64,000 nucleotides of DNA from Octopus vulgaris. Lineage: Eukaryota. The stretch covers positions 32,178,001 to 32,242,000 of the forward strand of contig OX597839.1 in assembly GCA_951406725.2 (NCBI GenBank), read 5' to 3'. The notes under the pieces were generated by a model, which saw nothing but the letters and a program-made list of their open reading frames with translations, did not search any database and had not been told where the DNA came from. Positions 38,660 through 52,303 of the stretch are shown piece after piece; position 1 is the stretch's first letter, and each line of letters begins with the position of its first letter. Both the position numbers and the translations under genes were made by a program.

Positions 38660-39490
38660 TTTTTATCACATAATGAAAACAATTTTTACATTAAACTGAA
38701 AGATTATTCAATACATTTGGTAGAGAACAAATTCATTTATTCCCCAACAAGAATAGTATTGACAGTGACTGTGAAGTCTTGCCCAGTCTAATGATGGTTC
38801 TGCTGGCTGAGACTTCAAAGTTACTGTCAATATTATGCTTGTTAATGAATAACACACACACACAGTGCAGAGCAACTACTTACATAGGATGAACTTTTAA
38901 ACTATTATTGTACATAGTCAACTTGCTAGAAATAGCAGCTAAAGCTCCCTCAAAGTCCAGCCTATCATTTTGAAAAGAGATGGGATATAGTGGAAGAATC
39001 TGAAGAGGATACGCAACACCAGACAAGGAAGGCAAAAAGTGATCATAGCTGGAACAGGTTTGATCCATTCCCACAGGTGAACTGGAGACAGGGTTTCTCA
39101 AGATGAATACCACTGTTTATCAGGCTTTCAACAATGTATCTGCTTTAAATACGATGCACAGATTGCTATTTTGAACTAATACTGCTTCTCTCAATAATAA
39201 CGAATTTTTATTCAGCTTGCTGGCAAATTGCAACACCAGTTAGTTTTCAATCTCAGTTCAACTCTATCGACAACAACAGATTTTCTCCCAGTGGGTATTT
39301 TGCAAGTGAGAAAACTCAAAAGAAAATATGTAGTGAGCAATGCCATCACGGCTGCTGGACATCCGCTTCTTATCCATTTCTGCATTCTTTAACACTCAAA
39401 TCCTGCAGTATAGCAAGCTCTCAACAATATATCTACTTATCTAAGTCAGGTTGCTAAAATAAAAAAATAAAAATAAAAATTATTAAAATA

Positions 39491-39898
39491 GGGCGCAGGA
39501 GTGGCTGTGTGGTAAGTAGCTTGCTAACCAACCACACGGTTCTGGGTTCAGTCCCACTGCGTGGCATCTTGGGCAAGTGTCTTCTGCTATAGCCCCGGGC
39601 CGACCAATGCCTTGTGAGTGGATTTGGTAGACGGAAAATGAAAGAAGCCTGTCATATATATGTACATATATATATATGTATGTGTGTGTTTGTGTGTCTG
39701 TGTTTGTCCCCCTAGCATTGCTTGACAACCGATGCTGGTGTGTTTACGTCCCCGTCACTTAGCGGTTCGGCAAAAGAGACCGATAGAATAAGTACTGGCT
39801 TACAAAAGAATAAGTCCCGGGGTCGATTTGCTCGACTAAAGGCGGTGCTCCAGTATGGCCGCAGTCAAATGACTGAAACAAGTAAAAGAGTAAAGAGT
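39491..39898 (+). mobile_element. SINE family A copy
   Basis: Full-length copy in sense orientation, ending GTAAAAGAGTAAAGAGTA. Confidence 0.85.
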
Positions 39899-41281
39899 AT
39901 AGACCCTAGATCTCAGATGCCAATTAATGACACATTGACATCACTGAGGGTATCCAGCCATAAAAACTGTGCCTGGCAGACACTGGAACTTGGTGCAATC
40001 CTTGGACGCATTGGATCCTGTCAAATCATCCAACCCATGCCAGCAAGGAACATGGATGACGAAGACAAACCCCTACACCACTAAAACAAAAAAAAATGGA
40101 AAAAGGGGATGATGGGGGGAGTGTATGTGTTTGCCATCCAATGAACGTCAAAGAGAGAGAGAGATGCCTTGCCCCTAAGGGTTTGTAAGATGAATAAGAG
40201 ATACCAATATCACCAGTTCCAGCTGAGATTAGATGAATTGATGGAAATAGATTTAATCAACTCCCAGCTGGAGTTTGTGTCAAGTGATTCGGAGCGAGGA
40301 AGGGGTCTAATTTAAACAGATTCCTTCATTTAGCCCCAGGTCAACCTTGGCTGAACTCAACTATGATCAAAAGTATTCTAACTGTGATCATCTCTCTCTC
40401 TCTCTCTTTTTTAGTCAAAGTGTATCTAGGACTATATAATCTAATGTGTAATATTGTTTTTGAAGATGATAAAGAGATGGCTGCTATTTCTTGCAGGCCA
40501 AGCAACCATACGGAGGCTCCTTCACTAGATCAACAAAATCTTATCATCCTGGTAGAGAAATCCTCCATAGGATGTCCAGATGTGCTGGAGAGTACCCCCA
40601 ACTTCCGTATCACAAAGGGTACTGGTGATAGGAATACTTACAGACAGTTTGGTGCCCATAGAAAAATTTCAAATGAACACTACAAGGCTGCTTCATCTCC
40701 TAGAAATAGCAGCCAAACCTCCTTCAACCCACCTATTACTACCTTAAGATAGGAAGGTCCTATTGGATATTGTAGTCATAAATAGATTATACTATGCCTG
40801 AAAATCAAAGAGGTAGGATGGTCACAGTTGGAATGCTTTTGGTCATATATAAATCTGTCAGTTCTGTGTACTGACCAGGAGCTAAAAACAGCAACAACAA
40901 ATGACAGACACTATACTATGGTGCTTCCATAACTTTCGCCGATTTATATGGATATTTGAAGGGATGTCTATACAAGAGAATTTAACCATTTTGAAGATAT
41001 CAACCCATCTGAGACCACTTCTGGTTTGGTGATGCTCCAATAACGACAGAGTTACTTTCCTAAATTCTTCATTATTTTTTAAACTAATCGAAACAAAGCA
41101 GTGTTGGACAACAGAAATATGGTAAGAAAAGGGTTAAAGTGATTTAAATCAAAATCCCATGTTAATCTGTTCTAAATACCAGCTTAATAATGACAAGATT
41201 ATTTTACTAAATTCTTCATTATTTTCGAAATTAATTCAAAGAAATATGGCAACAAAAAGTTTAAAAAGATACAATATATAT

Positions 41282-41513
41282 TATTTCTTTATTGCCCACA
41301 GAGGTCTAAACACAGAGGGGACAAACAAGGACAGACAAAGGGATTAAGTCGATTACATCGACCCCAGTTGTAACTGGTACTTAATTTATCGACCCCGAAA
41401 GGATGAAAGGCAAAGTCGACCTCGACAGAATTTGAACTCAGAACAAAGTGGCAGATAAAATATGGCTACACATTTCGCCTGGCATGCTAATGTTTCTGCC
41501 AGCTCGCCGCCTT
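41282..41513 (-). mobile_element. SINE family C copy
   Basis: Reverse-complement full-length copy. Confidence 0.8.
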
Positions 41514-41549
41514 AAAGATACAATATATTTGGTATCAATAAGGATTCAA

Positions 41550-41760
41550 GCTAACCTGAGAGAGAAACTGGGTGTAAAAGGCATCAGATGTAGGGAAGAA
41601 GATGAAGAACATATGGATGCTGACAGGTAAGGAGGCGTGAGGAAATCCTTTGGATGGTAACAGAGGAAGGGGAAGAAATGGACAGAATTAGTAGAAATTG
41701 AACTCAGGATGAAGAACTTTGCAAAAGAGATGACAAAGAAAAGCTGCAATTGGTTTTTAA
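41550..41760 (+). mobile_element. Decayed RTE-like LINE 3' fragment
   Basis: LREKLGVKGIRC... resembles an RTE ORF end; similar relics on the minus strand at ~16480-16660 and ~17660-17900. Confidence 0.45.
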
Positions 41761-41819
41761 GATTCCCTCACAGAATTTTAGATGAAATCTCGTTAGTTGT
41801 ACTGATCCATTTGAAGGTA

Positions 41820-42060
41820 AATTATTCAACAGGGTGGCACTTGGTTAAGTATAAGTGGAATGCCTTCTTAGCTGGTAGAAGCGGATACACATCAACGAGT
41901 AGGGGCCTACCTGACTGCCTATCATGGGTTTGCTTGATTGGAGCAGATCTATGATTAAAACAACTGGAAAAAACTTTTGTGAAATCCATGCAAATATCTG
42001 TGTGGGACAAACAATTAGTTCACGCCAGCACTTTGTTTTGGTAGTAAAGGTCAACCCAAA
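41820..42060 (-). mobile_element. Decayed CR1/L2-like reverse transcriptase fragment
   Basis: TDICMDFTKVF...NH resembles RT motif D.IYLDFSKAFD.V.H. Confidence 0.45.
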
Positions 42061-43575
42061 TATATTACTGGTACCTATTTCATTAACACTGGCAGGATTT
42101 TAACAAAGAGGAATGAAACTAAATACATGATTCAGCACACTTAGCGACACTCCGCCCCTTCCGTAGTAGCAGTGACAGTTTACTGAGAGATAAGCCTGAA
42201 ACATGAGGATTTTTAGAAATGGAGAAAGATGAAGTTGCAACATTCTTCGCTTTACCAAAGGTTAAGAATTTCAAACGAAACAGGAGTCTTCAGCACAGAC
42301 TGAGAAATACGGTATCATACGGTACCCTGTACTCTAGTAGCAAAGTACTTAGTCTGGTGCTCAGCTCTTTCAACCAGATCACATATCATGTACACCACAA
42401 ATTCTTGGGTTCCTGTTTTTAGTGTTCTCAGTCATTGCACTATGGCCATGCTGGGGCACCAGAGTATAGTCAATTACATCAACACCCACCATTCCCAGTA
42501 TGTAATCTATCTCAGAAGGGTGAAGAGCAAATTGAAACTGGGTGGGATTTGAACTCAGAACGACACCAAAACACCTCCAGGTATTTCACTGTTTATTCTA
42601 TCAATCCAGTTATCCATCCAGTACAATATTAACGATGTTTTAATTATATGTTGAAAACCACTATGTTTGTTAATATTAATTAGAATTAATGAATAAAGGT
42701 CTGTAGTTTTAATTAACCCTCAACAGAAATGAACAAATGAGAGAGAGTCTCCAATGCAATTGTTGTCAACCATTTCTTTTTACCTATGGACCCCTTTCTG
42801 GTGGACTCCCATATCCATTCGATGTTTAAAAAAACTTGTTTTATAGATACTTCTTTCCCATGTTCACTCGTGTAGATCTGTAACAGGTTTTCGTGGCTGG
42901 AAGCTTGGAGAACTATGTTAAGCATAAGAGAAGGAAACCCAGCAGTTTCTTGCAATGAACACACCTAAAGCAACTTTTCGTGAACCCTTAAAATACTTGT
43001 CCAGCCAAGTGAGACCATAGTGTAACTGGCACCTGTGCCGACAGCACATAAAATGCACCCTTCAAACATTAGACTTCACAGAGGTGATGACATGTGACCG
43101 AGGGACCTTTGGTGATACGCTGTGCTTGAGAAGACTCGTCAAGACAAGTGAAGTTGTAGTCATGGCCGGTACCAGTGTCATGTTAGTGGCACCCGTGCCA
43201 GTGACACATAAAAAGCACCCACTACACTCTCGGAGTGGTTGGCATTAGGAAGGGCATCCAGCTGTAGAAACCATGCCAGATCAGACTGGAACTTGGTGCA
43301 CCTCTCTGGTTTCAGTCAAACCGTCCAACCCATGCCAGCATGAAAAGCAGACACTAAATGATGATCACCAATTTACTGTTTTGCTTGCATAGACACCCAA
43401 ATTTTTTATAGGGACCCAAGTTAAGAATCACTCCTTTAATGTGACTCCCTGACCTCGCAAAAATAACAAACTCTCCCTCAAAGAACAAACAGTGCAGTCT
43501 TGGATACCCATAAGCAAATGGAATGGTCATGACTGGAACTATTCACACATCTCATCAACCAAGGTTGTTTTGGGA

Positions 43576-43802
43576 TTAACCCTTTTGATGCCAACCCAGC
43601 TGAAACCACCTCTGGCTCTGTAGTACAAATGTCTTGTCTCCAAAAGTTCTGAATTAAAATCTTCCACCAAACCTTAGACACAATTTATGTTCCTAACACC
43701 AGCTTAATGATAAAGTTATTTTAATAAATTCTTTGTTATATTTAAAATCAATTGAAAGAAACACAGAACATCTCAAAATAAATAGGGTAATGAAAGGGTT
43801 AA
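43576..43802. mobile_element. piggyBac-like MITE family 1
   Basis: TTAACCCTTTT...GAAAGGGTTAA. Confidence 0.75.
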
Positions 43803-44275
43803 ACAACCACCACCTAAGAGACGGATTATTCCGAGGTTTCTACTGAAGTATTGTGTGGCTGTGTGGTTAAGCTTGCTTCCAAACAGCATGGCTTCAGGCT
43901 CAATCCCACTATATGGCACCTTGGGCAAGTGTTTTCTACTACAGTCCCAAACTGACCAAAAATTGCAGCTACAGTTGATTTCAAAGAGAAGATTTGATCC
44001 CAGTACTCTGAGTAAGTTTCGCGAAGATTTTGCAGTTTTAATAAAATTATTTTGCTCTACCTTATGTATTCGAGTACTATTTCTTTCTTGTCTCGTTTTG
44101 GATTTATGTATGTAAGTGTGTGTGTGTGTGTGTGTGTGTTTGTGTATGGTTACTATAAAATAAAAAGGAAATGAAGTTCAAAGTACGGTCCTCAAGTTCC
44201 ATTAAGAAAGAAGGTAAAGTAGTGTGAGTCTCCTGGACATTCCTGTCTTTGAGTCTGGTTACCTTGGCTTATAGG

Positions 44276-44512
44276 CAGGGCTGTGGAATCGAAACAGCAA
44301 ATTTGACTCTGACTCCTCTACTATTGTCACCTCTGACTCCAACTGACTCCTCTTTATGTAATGAAGTGGTCATGGCCTACATATCTCATAAAGCATACAC
44401 TTATACTCTGAGTAGGCCTTTATGTTACAACTGGCTTATATTAAAGAATAAAGATATTGTGAGTCAGAGTCAGAGTTGATATAGTTTTACCGACTCTGAC
44501 TCCCCAGCCCTG
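44276..44512. mobile_element. hAT-type MITE with GACTC subterminal repeats
   Basis: CAGGGCTG...CAGCCCTG TIRs and 8-bp TSD cttatagg/tttatagg. Confidence 0.7.
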
Positions 44513-45619
44513 TTTATAGGTGACTGAGATCACAACATTCCTCCTGTCATTCGTTTACAGCTGAGTGGGCTCAAGAACACAATGCCTGGTCATGGAACCG
44601 AAACCCTGATTACCAAACCACTGGGCCAGGCACCTTCACCAAGAGCCAGTGGCAAAAGATGTCCATTCTGTTGTAAGTATCAGGCCAAGTTTGGGGCTAT
44701 CTTCCTCCCTCTCTGACGCAGATGCCCGGTAAAGGGACAAGGACACTATTTTCTTGAAGGTACAGAAGTAATTTTAGAAAGCTATAGTTCTAAGGAGGAG
44801 CACGATAAGAAGAAGTGTTTACTGTAAGAGGACAGAGAATGAGCTCCAGTAGGGGCAGCCGAGGTGACAGAAGAAACAACATGGCACCTACATACACAGA
44901 GTAGAAGATGTGAGTGAACATGAAGAATGCTTTTGGACCTGATTTGTCAAAGAGGTTTTGGATACAGCAGCCATCTCAGATATGTGAGAAGTAATTTGAG
45001 TTATGGAGTAAGTCAGCAAATGACCAGAGGTTTTTCAGATGCCCCAGACTGACCAAAGCTTTGCGAGTGACTAGAAACCGAAAGCTGTCATGCACGCGTA
45101 GGTGTGTGTGAGGGAGAGAGAGAGAGAAAAATATTAGGGAAGAAAAAAAAAACTGACAAGAACAGTGACCCTAAAACAAATTCTTAAGGAAGTTGTTCCA
45201 AAACAATAAAATGACCCACAAATTTACACAAATATACTTACACACACACACACACACATATATACAATATATGTGTGTGTGTGTGTGAGAAAAAAAGTCT
45301 CTTGTACCAGTGTCATAATAATAAAAAGCACCTGCTCTTCACAGTGAAGTGGTTGATAAGGTCTCCTAGGTGTGAAAACTATGTCAAAACAAGTCAAACG
45401 AATAAATGAATATATATATACAGGTATATATATAGTAGCAGAGATACCTGGTGTTGCTGGGAATTAAAATGGAATAGTTTGTATATAATATATTAGAGTT
45501 ATGTTGAATCAGGTGATATGGGAAAGTGCAGCATTGACAACAAAACATTTGTGGGGTAAATGCAGGGCTAATTCGACTAAGCAACATGCTTATGCATCTG
45601 TGTGGAGTATTTCAGGCCC

Positions 45620-45803
45620 TAACCTGTCATGGAAAATTCGGGGTGGGGGTTATGTGATTTTTTGAACACACTGAAAAGCTGTCAGAGCCATGACACTGCA
45701 TGGACCCTAAGTAAGGCATGTGTAAAATTTAAATGAAATCAATTGTGTAGTTCTCGAGTTTTAGGGATTCACACAGACAGACACACTCTTTATATATATA
45801 GAT
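45620..45803 (+). mobile_element. Non-autonomous Helitron/Helentron-like element end
   Basis: AAATTT..TGAAATC..TTG.GTAGTT..CGAGTT..ACAGACAGAC..TTTATATATATAGAT pattern, resembling DINE/HINE-like elements. Confidence 0.45.
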
Positions 45804-46695
45804 AATATATAAGGCTATTATTGTTTACAATATCAAGTGGTATATCATGCGTAAAAAATACCTTCAGGTAAAAAAAAAGTATTAATAATTAAAGGTACTA
45901 CAGGTTGCACCGGCATGCTAAAAATAGCAGTCAGAAGACAACTACGAGCACAAGTTTTTACTGATGCACATCAATGGAAGTCGGGGAATAAGCAAAAATT
46001 CTCAGCGCCCCCCCCCTACCAATAATGAAAAGAATCATAAATTGGCTTTTCAATTTACAATCCTTTTCGTTATTGGTGTGGAGACTTAGAATTTTTGTTC
46101 ATTCCCCCAATTTCAATTAAGATGTATCAATGAAAATTTGTGGTTGTAGTTGCCTTCTGACTGCTATTTTTAGCGTGCTGGTTCTACCTGAAATAGCCTT
46201 AATTACTAATTTATATATATATATATTGTGGCACTCCGTCGGTTACGATGACAAGGGTCCCAGCTGATACGATCAACGGAACAGGTTGCTTGTGAAATTA
46301 ACGTGCAAGTGGTTGAGCACTCCACAGACATGTGTACCCTTAACGTAGTTCTCGGGGAGATCAGCATGACAGTGTGACAAGGCTGGCCCTTTGAAATACA
46401 GCTACAACAGAAACAGGAAGAAAGAGTGAGAGAAAGTTGTGGTGAAACAGTACAGCAGAGTTTGCCGGAGCCTCGTGGAGCTTTAGGCATTTGTGCTCAA
46501 TAAACACTCACAACGCCTGGTCTGGGAATTGAAACCACAATCCCACCGGCCTAACCACTGGGCCATTGCACCTCCACACACGCACATATATATAGTAAGA
46601 GGTGGTGCACAGATTTCTTTATCATATATTCAGAAAAAGGAGGTAGTCAGAATCTGGATAAAAACCATTTAGCATTTTCTCCCCTTTGAGGGATT

Positions 46696-47080
46696 TACTC
46701 TTTACTTTTTTACTTGTTTCAGTCAGTTGACTGCGGCCATGCTGGAGCACCGCCTTTAGTCGAGCAACTCGACCCCGGGACTTATTCTTTCTAAGCCTCT
46801 TTTGCCGAACCGCTAAGTTCTGGGGACATAAACACACCAGCATCGGTTGTCAAGCAATGCTAGGGGGACAAACACAGACACACAAACACACACATACACA
46901 CATACATATATATATATACGACAGGCTTCTTTCAGTTTCCGTCTACCAAATCCACTCACAAGGCATTGGTCGGCCCAGGGCTATAGAAGACACTTGCCCA
47001 AGATGCCATGCAGTGGGACTGAACCCAGAACCATGTGGTTGGTTAGCAAACTACTTACCACACAGCCACTCCTGCGCCTA
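46696..47080 (-). mobile_element. SINE family A copy
   Basis: Full-length copy; forms an inverted pair with 47259-47643. Confidence 0.85.
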
Positions 47081-47258
47081 TGTATACAAAAAGTTTGAAT
47101 TTTCTATAAACCATCATCCATGATGAACCCCTGAAAGGGACAAAAGCCCGAAATAGTTCTTATCCAAATCTTGACCATCATTGTCCTTCCTTCCAAGGTG
47201 AATAAAACAGAATCAGGTACACAAGTAAGAAATGACTAGACCAAAATCTACAACCATA

Positions 47259-47643
47259 GAGGCAGGAGTGGCTGTGTGGTAAGAAGCTTGCTTCCCAACC
47301 ACATGGTTCCAAGTTCAGTCCCACTGCATGGCACCTTGGGCAAGTGTCTTCTACTATAGCCATGGGCCAACCAAAGCCTTGTGACTGGATTTGGTAGACG
47401 GAAACTGAAAGAAGCCTGTCGTATATGTGTGTGTGTGTGTGTGTTTGTCCCTCCACCATCGCATGACAGCCAACGTTGGTGTTTACGTCCCTGTAACTTA
47501 ACAGTTCGGCAATAGAGATCAAGAGAATAGAGCATAAGTACTAAGCTTACAAAGAATAAGTCTTGGGGTTGGTTTGTTCAACTAAAAGCAGTGCTCCAGC
47601 ATGGCCACAGTCAAATGACTGAAACAAGTAAAAGAATAAAAGA
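47259..47643 (+). mobile_element. SINE family A copy
   Basis: Full-length, more diverged copy. Confidence 0.8.
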
Positions 47644-48325
47644 ACCATACTGGTACAATTTCATCAGCCCTAAAGAGACAAAAAAAAAATCGCCTACCCT
47701 GGCAAGGTTTGAACCTGGTTCTGATATGTATACACACACCATTAATTAGGTTAATCCAATGACCAGCCTGCTAATTCATCCATCAACACCATCGTCCAAG
47801 ATCAATAAAATAAAACATCAATTACAATCCAATCAACTATAAACATTGGCCAAAACAAATCTAGTCTGACCAGTGTGGCTTGACTTGCTAGAAATAGCAA
47901 CCAAATCCCATTTTACTGTCTTTTACTTGTTTCAGTCATTAGCCTGCGACCATTCTGGAGCACTGCCGTGAAGAACTTTTAGTTGAATGAATCAACCAAA
48001 GTATTTATTTTTTTAAGCTTCGTATTTATTCTATCAGTCTCTTTTGCTGATTCGCTAAGTTATGGGGACATAAACACACCAACACCAGTTGTCAAGCACA
48101 CACACAATGGGCTTCTTTTAGTTTCTGTCTACCAAATCCACTCATAAGGGTTTGGTCGGCCCACAGCTATAGTAAAAGCCACTTGCCCAAAGTGCCACAC
48201 AATAGGACTGAACCCACAACCACGAGTTTGGGACGTAAACTTCTTACCACACAGCCACAGCTTAAAAAATGAGATGGTCATGGTTGGAAGATCTTTGACT
48301 CCAGTTTTATTTAATCAGGTTAAAC

Positions 48326-48637
48326 TGTGTGGTAAGTAGCTTGCTCACCAACCTCATGGTTCCGGGTTCAGACCCTCTGCATGGCACCTTGGACAAGTGT
48401 CTTCTACTATAGCCCCGGGCTGACCAAAGCCTTGTGAGTGGATTTGGTAGATGGAAGCTGAAATACATGTATGCATAAGGTTGTGTGTTTATGCCCCCTA
48501 ACTTAGCGGTTCGTCAAAACAGATTGATAGAATAAGTACTAGGCTTACAAAGAATAACCCTGGGTCGATTTGCTCGACTAAAGGTGATGCTCCAGCATGG
48601 CCGCAGTCAAATAACTGACACAAGTAAAAGAATAAAA
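48326..48637 (+). mobile_element. SINE family A copy (internally deleted)
   Basis: Head and tail present, central part shortened. Confidence 0.75.
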
Positions 48638-48913
48638 GGGGTAAACAACAGCCTGTGTGACCCAACAGGTAACCAGCATGAAGAACAGGTTGAACAACAT
48701 TTGTGCTTGTCGAACAAGAAACAATGGAATCACAACAAACTCCCGTAACGGTTATTTGGAGTTTTGTATAAAATACAGTCAGTGATATTGATTATAGTTC
48801 TTCACATCCTGAGTAGAAACCAAAGCCGAGTGAAGAAGATGAAGATCCAGCCAGGTACTAGGAGAAATCTTTTCTTTCCAAATTTCTAGCCTTATTATTA
48901 TTGAGCTGGCTAA

Positions 48914-49114
48914 GGCGGCGAGTTGGCAGAATCGTTAGCACGCCGGGCGAAATGTGTAGCCGTATTTCGTCTGCCGTTACGTTCTGAGTTCAAATTCCGC
49001 CGAGGTCGACTTTGCTTTTCATCCTTTCGGGGTCGATAAATTAAGTACCAGTTACGCACTGGGGTCGATATCTGTCCTTGTTTGTCCCCTGTGTTTAGCC
49101 CCTTGTGGGTAGTA
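48914..49114 (+). mobile_element. SINE family C copy
   Basis: Sense copy with intact head and core. Confidence 0.8.
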
Positions 49115-51719
49115 AGGCAGTGAGCTGGTAGTATCAGGATGTATGATAAAATGCTTAGAGGTATTTCTTCTGAGAACTCAACTCCCACTTTCATCCTATC
49201 AGCATTGATAAAAATGAGAGTACCAGCTGAGTGTTAAGGGGTTAGTATAACCAACTTGCCTCTTCCCATCAAAATTTCAGTAAAAAGAATTATTACTAAA
49301 TGGAGTCTTAACTAAGCTGCCAATTCCTTGACCAGTAATTCACAGACAATCTAACCATGGTTAAAAGATGGAAGAATTTACCATAATGAACCAGAAGAAC
49401 CAAATTAGCAGGTGGTAGTAGTATTGGGGCATGTGCTGCAACAGGGTGTCACTGCAGCTACCGTTTGTTGGTGATTCCCTACCACTCCAGTTGGGCGACC
49501 CCTGTCCAGCCCAAAGGTCTGTTTAAGTAGTCATTGCTAAAGTGGGGTTTACAAGGTTGGAGTGCAAATCCTACAGTTGCCTTTTATGACACTCAGAGGA
49601 AGAGGGTCTGTTCTGTGGCATGCTGGTCCCCACACAGCACAAGAACAACGAGTAATGAAGTGTTTTGCTCATGAACACAACACACCATCCAGTCTGAGAA
49701 CTGAACCCACAATTTAATGATCATGAGTGCAACATCCTAACCACTAGGCCACACAGTGACAGGTGAAAATCAATGGATGATATTTCAATTTTTGGAATTA
49801 AATTTTGTCTATATTCTTAACTGGTGGATTTAGACAAGAGAGACATATATTCCAGATGACAGCCAGTCAAAACTTCTTGACTGAAAATTGAGAAAAAAAA
49901 ATATTTAAAAATATAAATTCTAACCAACAACTTAGGAAGATTGCAAATAAATAAATAAATGTGTATTTATTTAATAAATTTTGTAGGATTTTATTTTAGT
50001 CACCATTATTATAATAATGGAGAATGAGAAATGGAAATAATCTAGTTGAAAGCATGGGAAATAGTTTTGGAAATTTTATGGTGGAAGAACCAAAGTTTGA
50101 ATCTTTTGGCAACTTAGGAAATGAGAAATAGCATTCAGCAGATGGAGATTGGATTAAATGCTTCAGACTTTTATCTTGGACTTTTACTGTGTACAAGGTG
50201 AAAAGGAACCGAGAGATTGTGTATTTTTAGTAAGTTTGATAGAATCGAAGAGTAAAGGTAATTTGGCTAAAATTTCATTATCATCATCAACAGCAGCAGC
50301 AGTTTTAACATCCACTTTTCCATGCCTGCATGGGTCGGATGCAGTTTGTTATTAGATCTTTGTAACATGATGCAATAAAGTGTTCCCCTGATCAACCATT
50401 GCAGTTAAGCATCCAAATGCACTTGGAACACCCAATACAAGAAGATGCTAATAACTGGTGCAATGGTACAAATGTACAAAAGGAACTAAAAATTCTATAC
50501 TTGTGTTTATCTTAATTTTCTGAAACAGATATTCGTGGAACACTGCCCTTCCTGGCGCCAACCCTCACCTGTTTCTAAGGAGGTAATATTTCCCTGTGGC
50601 CTGACTATGTCTCCCCATACAAGACTGGAAATGAAACACATTCCTTCTATGGATGTGATGCTAGTTTATAACTATCATATGATGTCAAAGGTACACAAAG
50701 ACACACACACACCATCAGAAGTCCCACATATCTCACCCCTCCAAAAACATTAGTTAGAGCAGTAATATATTTAGATGGTTGTTTGTTATGGCCGGTCAGA
50801 GAGTGACCACCATTGGCTTCACATCGATAAAGTACTTAGTTGACAAGTCACCTATACAGCTAAACACTTTATAGCTGCAAAACCAGTGGTCACTCTCTAA
50901 GCAGCCATAACAATCAACTATATATATATATATATATATACATACATACATACATCAGTTTTCATTTACCAAATCCACTCACAAGGCTTAATAAGGCAGC
51001 CCAGGGCTATCTATAAGAAACACACAAGTTGTCACACAGTTGGACTGAACCCAAGACCCCATGGTTGGGGAAGCAAACAAGCTTCTTAACCACACAGCCA
51101 CGTCTGAACTCAGAAAAAAAAAATGAAAAAGGCGGTGCTCCAGCATGACCGCAGTCAAACGACTGAAACAAGTAAAAGAATAAAAAGAATGAACTGATCT
51201 AGAATCACCATAGGCAGCTTTCTAGAATACGCATCCTCTACAAAAACCAAGACCAAGCTCCACTGCTAAAAGACCATTATTTTAAAAGACAAAAACAAAC
51301 AAAAAAACCACGTTAATCTCACATATTTTTCTGATTTCCAAAGCAAACATTATATTCTTCCACAAATGCTGCTGTGATGTCGAATAGTTTAGTCCTCTTC
51401 ACCAATGCCTATTAATGGTGTAATTTACAATAACCAACAGCAAACGAGCTCCAATTATTTAACAAATTTATTTTCAGAGTCGTTTTTCTAAGATAAAAAA
51501 ATTACTATTATCTAAAGCAAAGACCAACAACAGCACTGGTAGCCATTCTGACTAGCGCCAGAGCATACTGACACTTCAAAGTTGAAACTGGAGTTAATTA
51601 AACAAAGAAGCAAGACTGGAACCGGCCTAGTCAGGTCATTACGGGGGTTGGGCAAGGTGGGGGGGTCTGACATTTTGGTACCCACCAGATACTTGTATCT
51701 TTTTATCTTTCAGTCATTC

Positions 51720-52303
51720 ATTCCACAGAGATCAACTTTGCCGTTCATCCTTTCAGGGTTGATAAATTAAGTACCAGTGGCGTACTGGGGTTTGATCTAA
51801 TCAACTGGCTCCCTCCCCCAAAATGCCTCGAGTAGAAGAATATTCCTATATCTGGCTAAACTCTTATTTATTGATCTATCTTCTCTTCATATATATTCCT
51901 TTATTGGTTTTATTCTTTGGGTTATAATCCTTGCTGGGTCCAACACAATTAAGGGACCACTGTCATATCAACCCTGGATCCTATTTTATCGAGTTACAAG
52001 GAAATATCTTATGCTGTTGGTTGACTTGGTAAAAACAGACAAATCTCCCTCAGATCCCTTTGTCATAGGGTCGGTCAAGCTTGCTTGGATTGGCCTGTTT
52101 TGATCCTGCCACCCATTACAATTCTGCAAGATAACATGGTATGTCTATTTGAACTGGACGGCTGACCCATCTATGTCCATGTTTGTGTGTCCACTTGAAA
52201 AAAAAACCGACATGATAATGTACTTCTGGCTCTGCAAAGATGTGATGGTCATGGCTGGGATGCATTCAGTAATAGGTTTACTTGACAATCTTGAAAAATG
52301 AAA
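51720..52303 (+). repeat. Left arm of ~580-bp inverted duplication
   Basis: Near-identical to the reverse complement of 54102-54693. Confidence 0.92.

Noticed and set aside
47115-47160. Possible further hammerhead (ATGATGA...CGAAA)
   Set aside because: Core mismatch, and no convincing stem I/III or cleavage triplet.
48650-48860. Exon-like segment ending CCAGCCAG|GTACTA
   Set aside because: Stops interrupt the frames and I see no recognisable homology.
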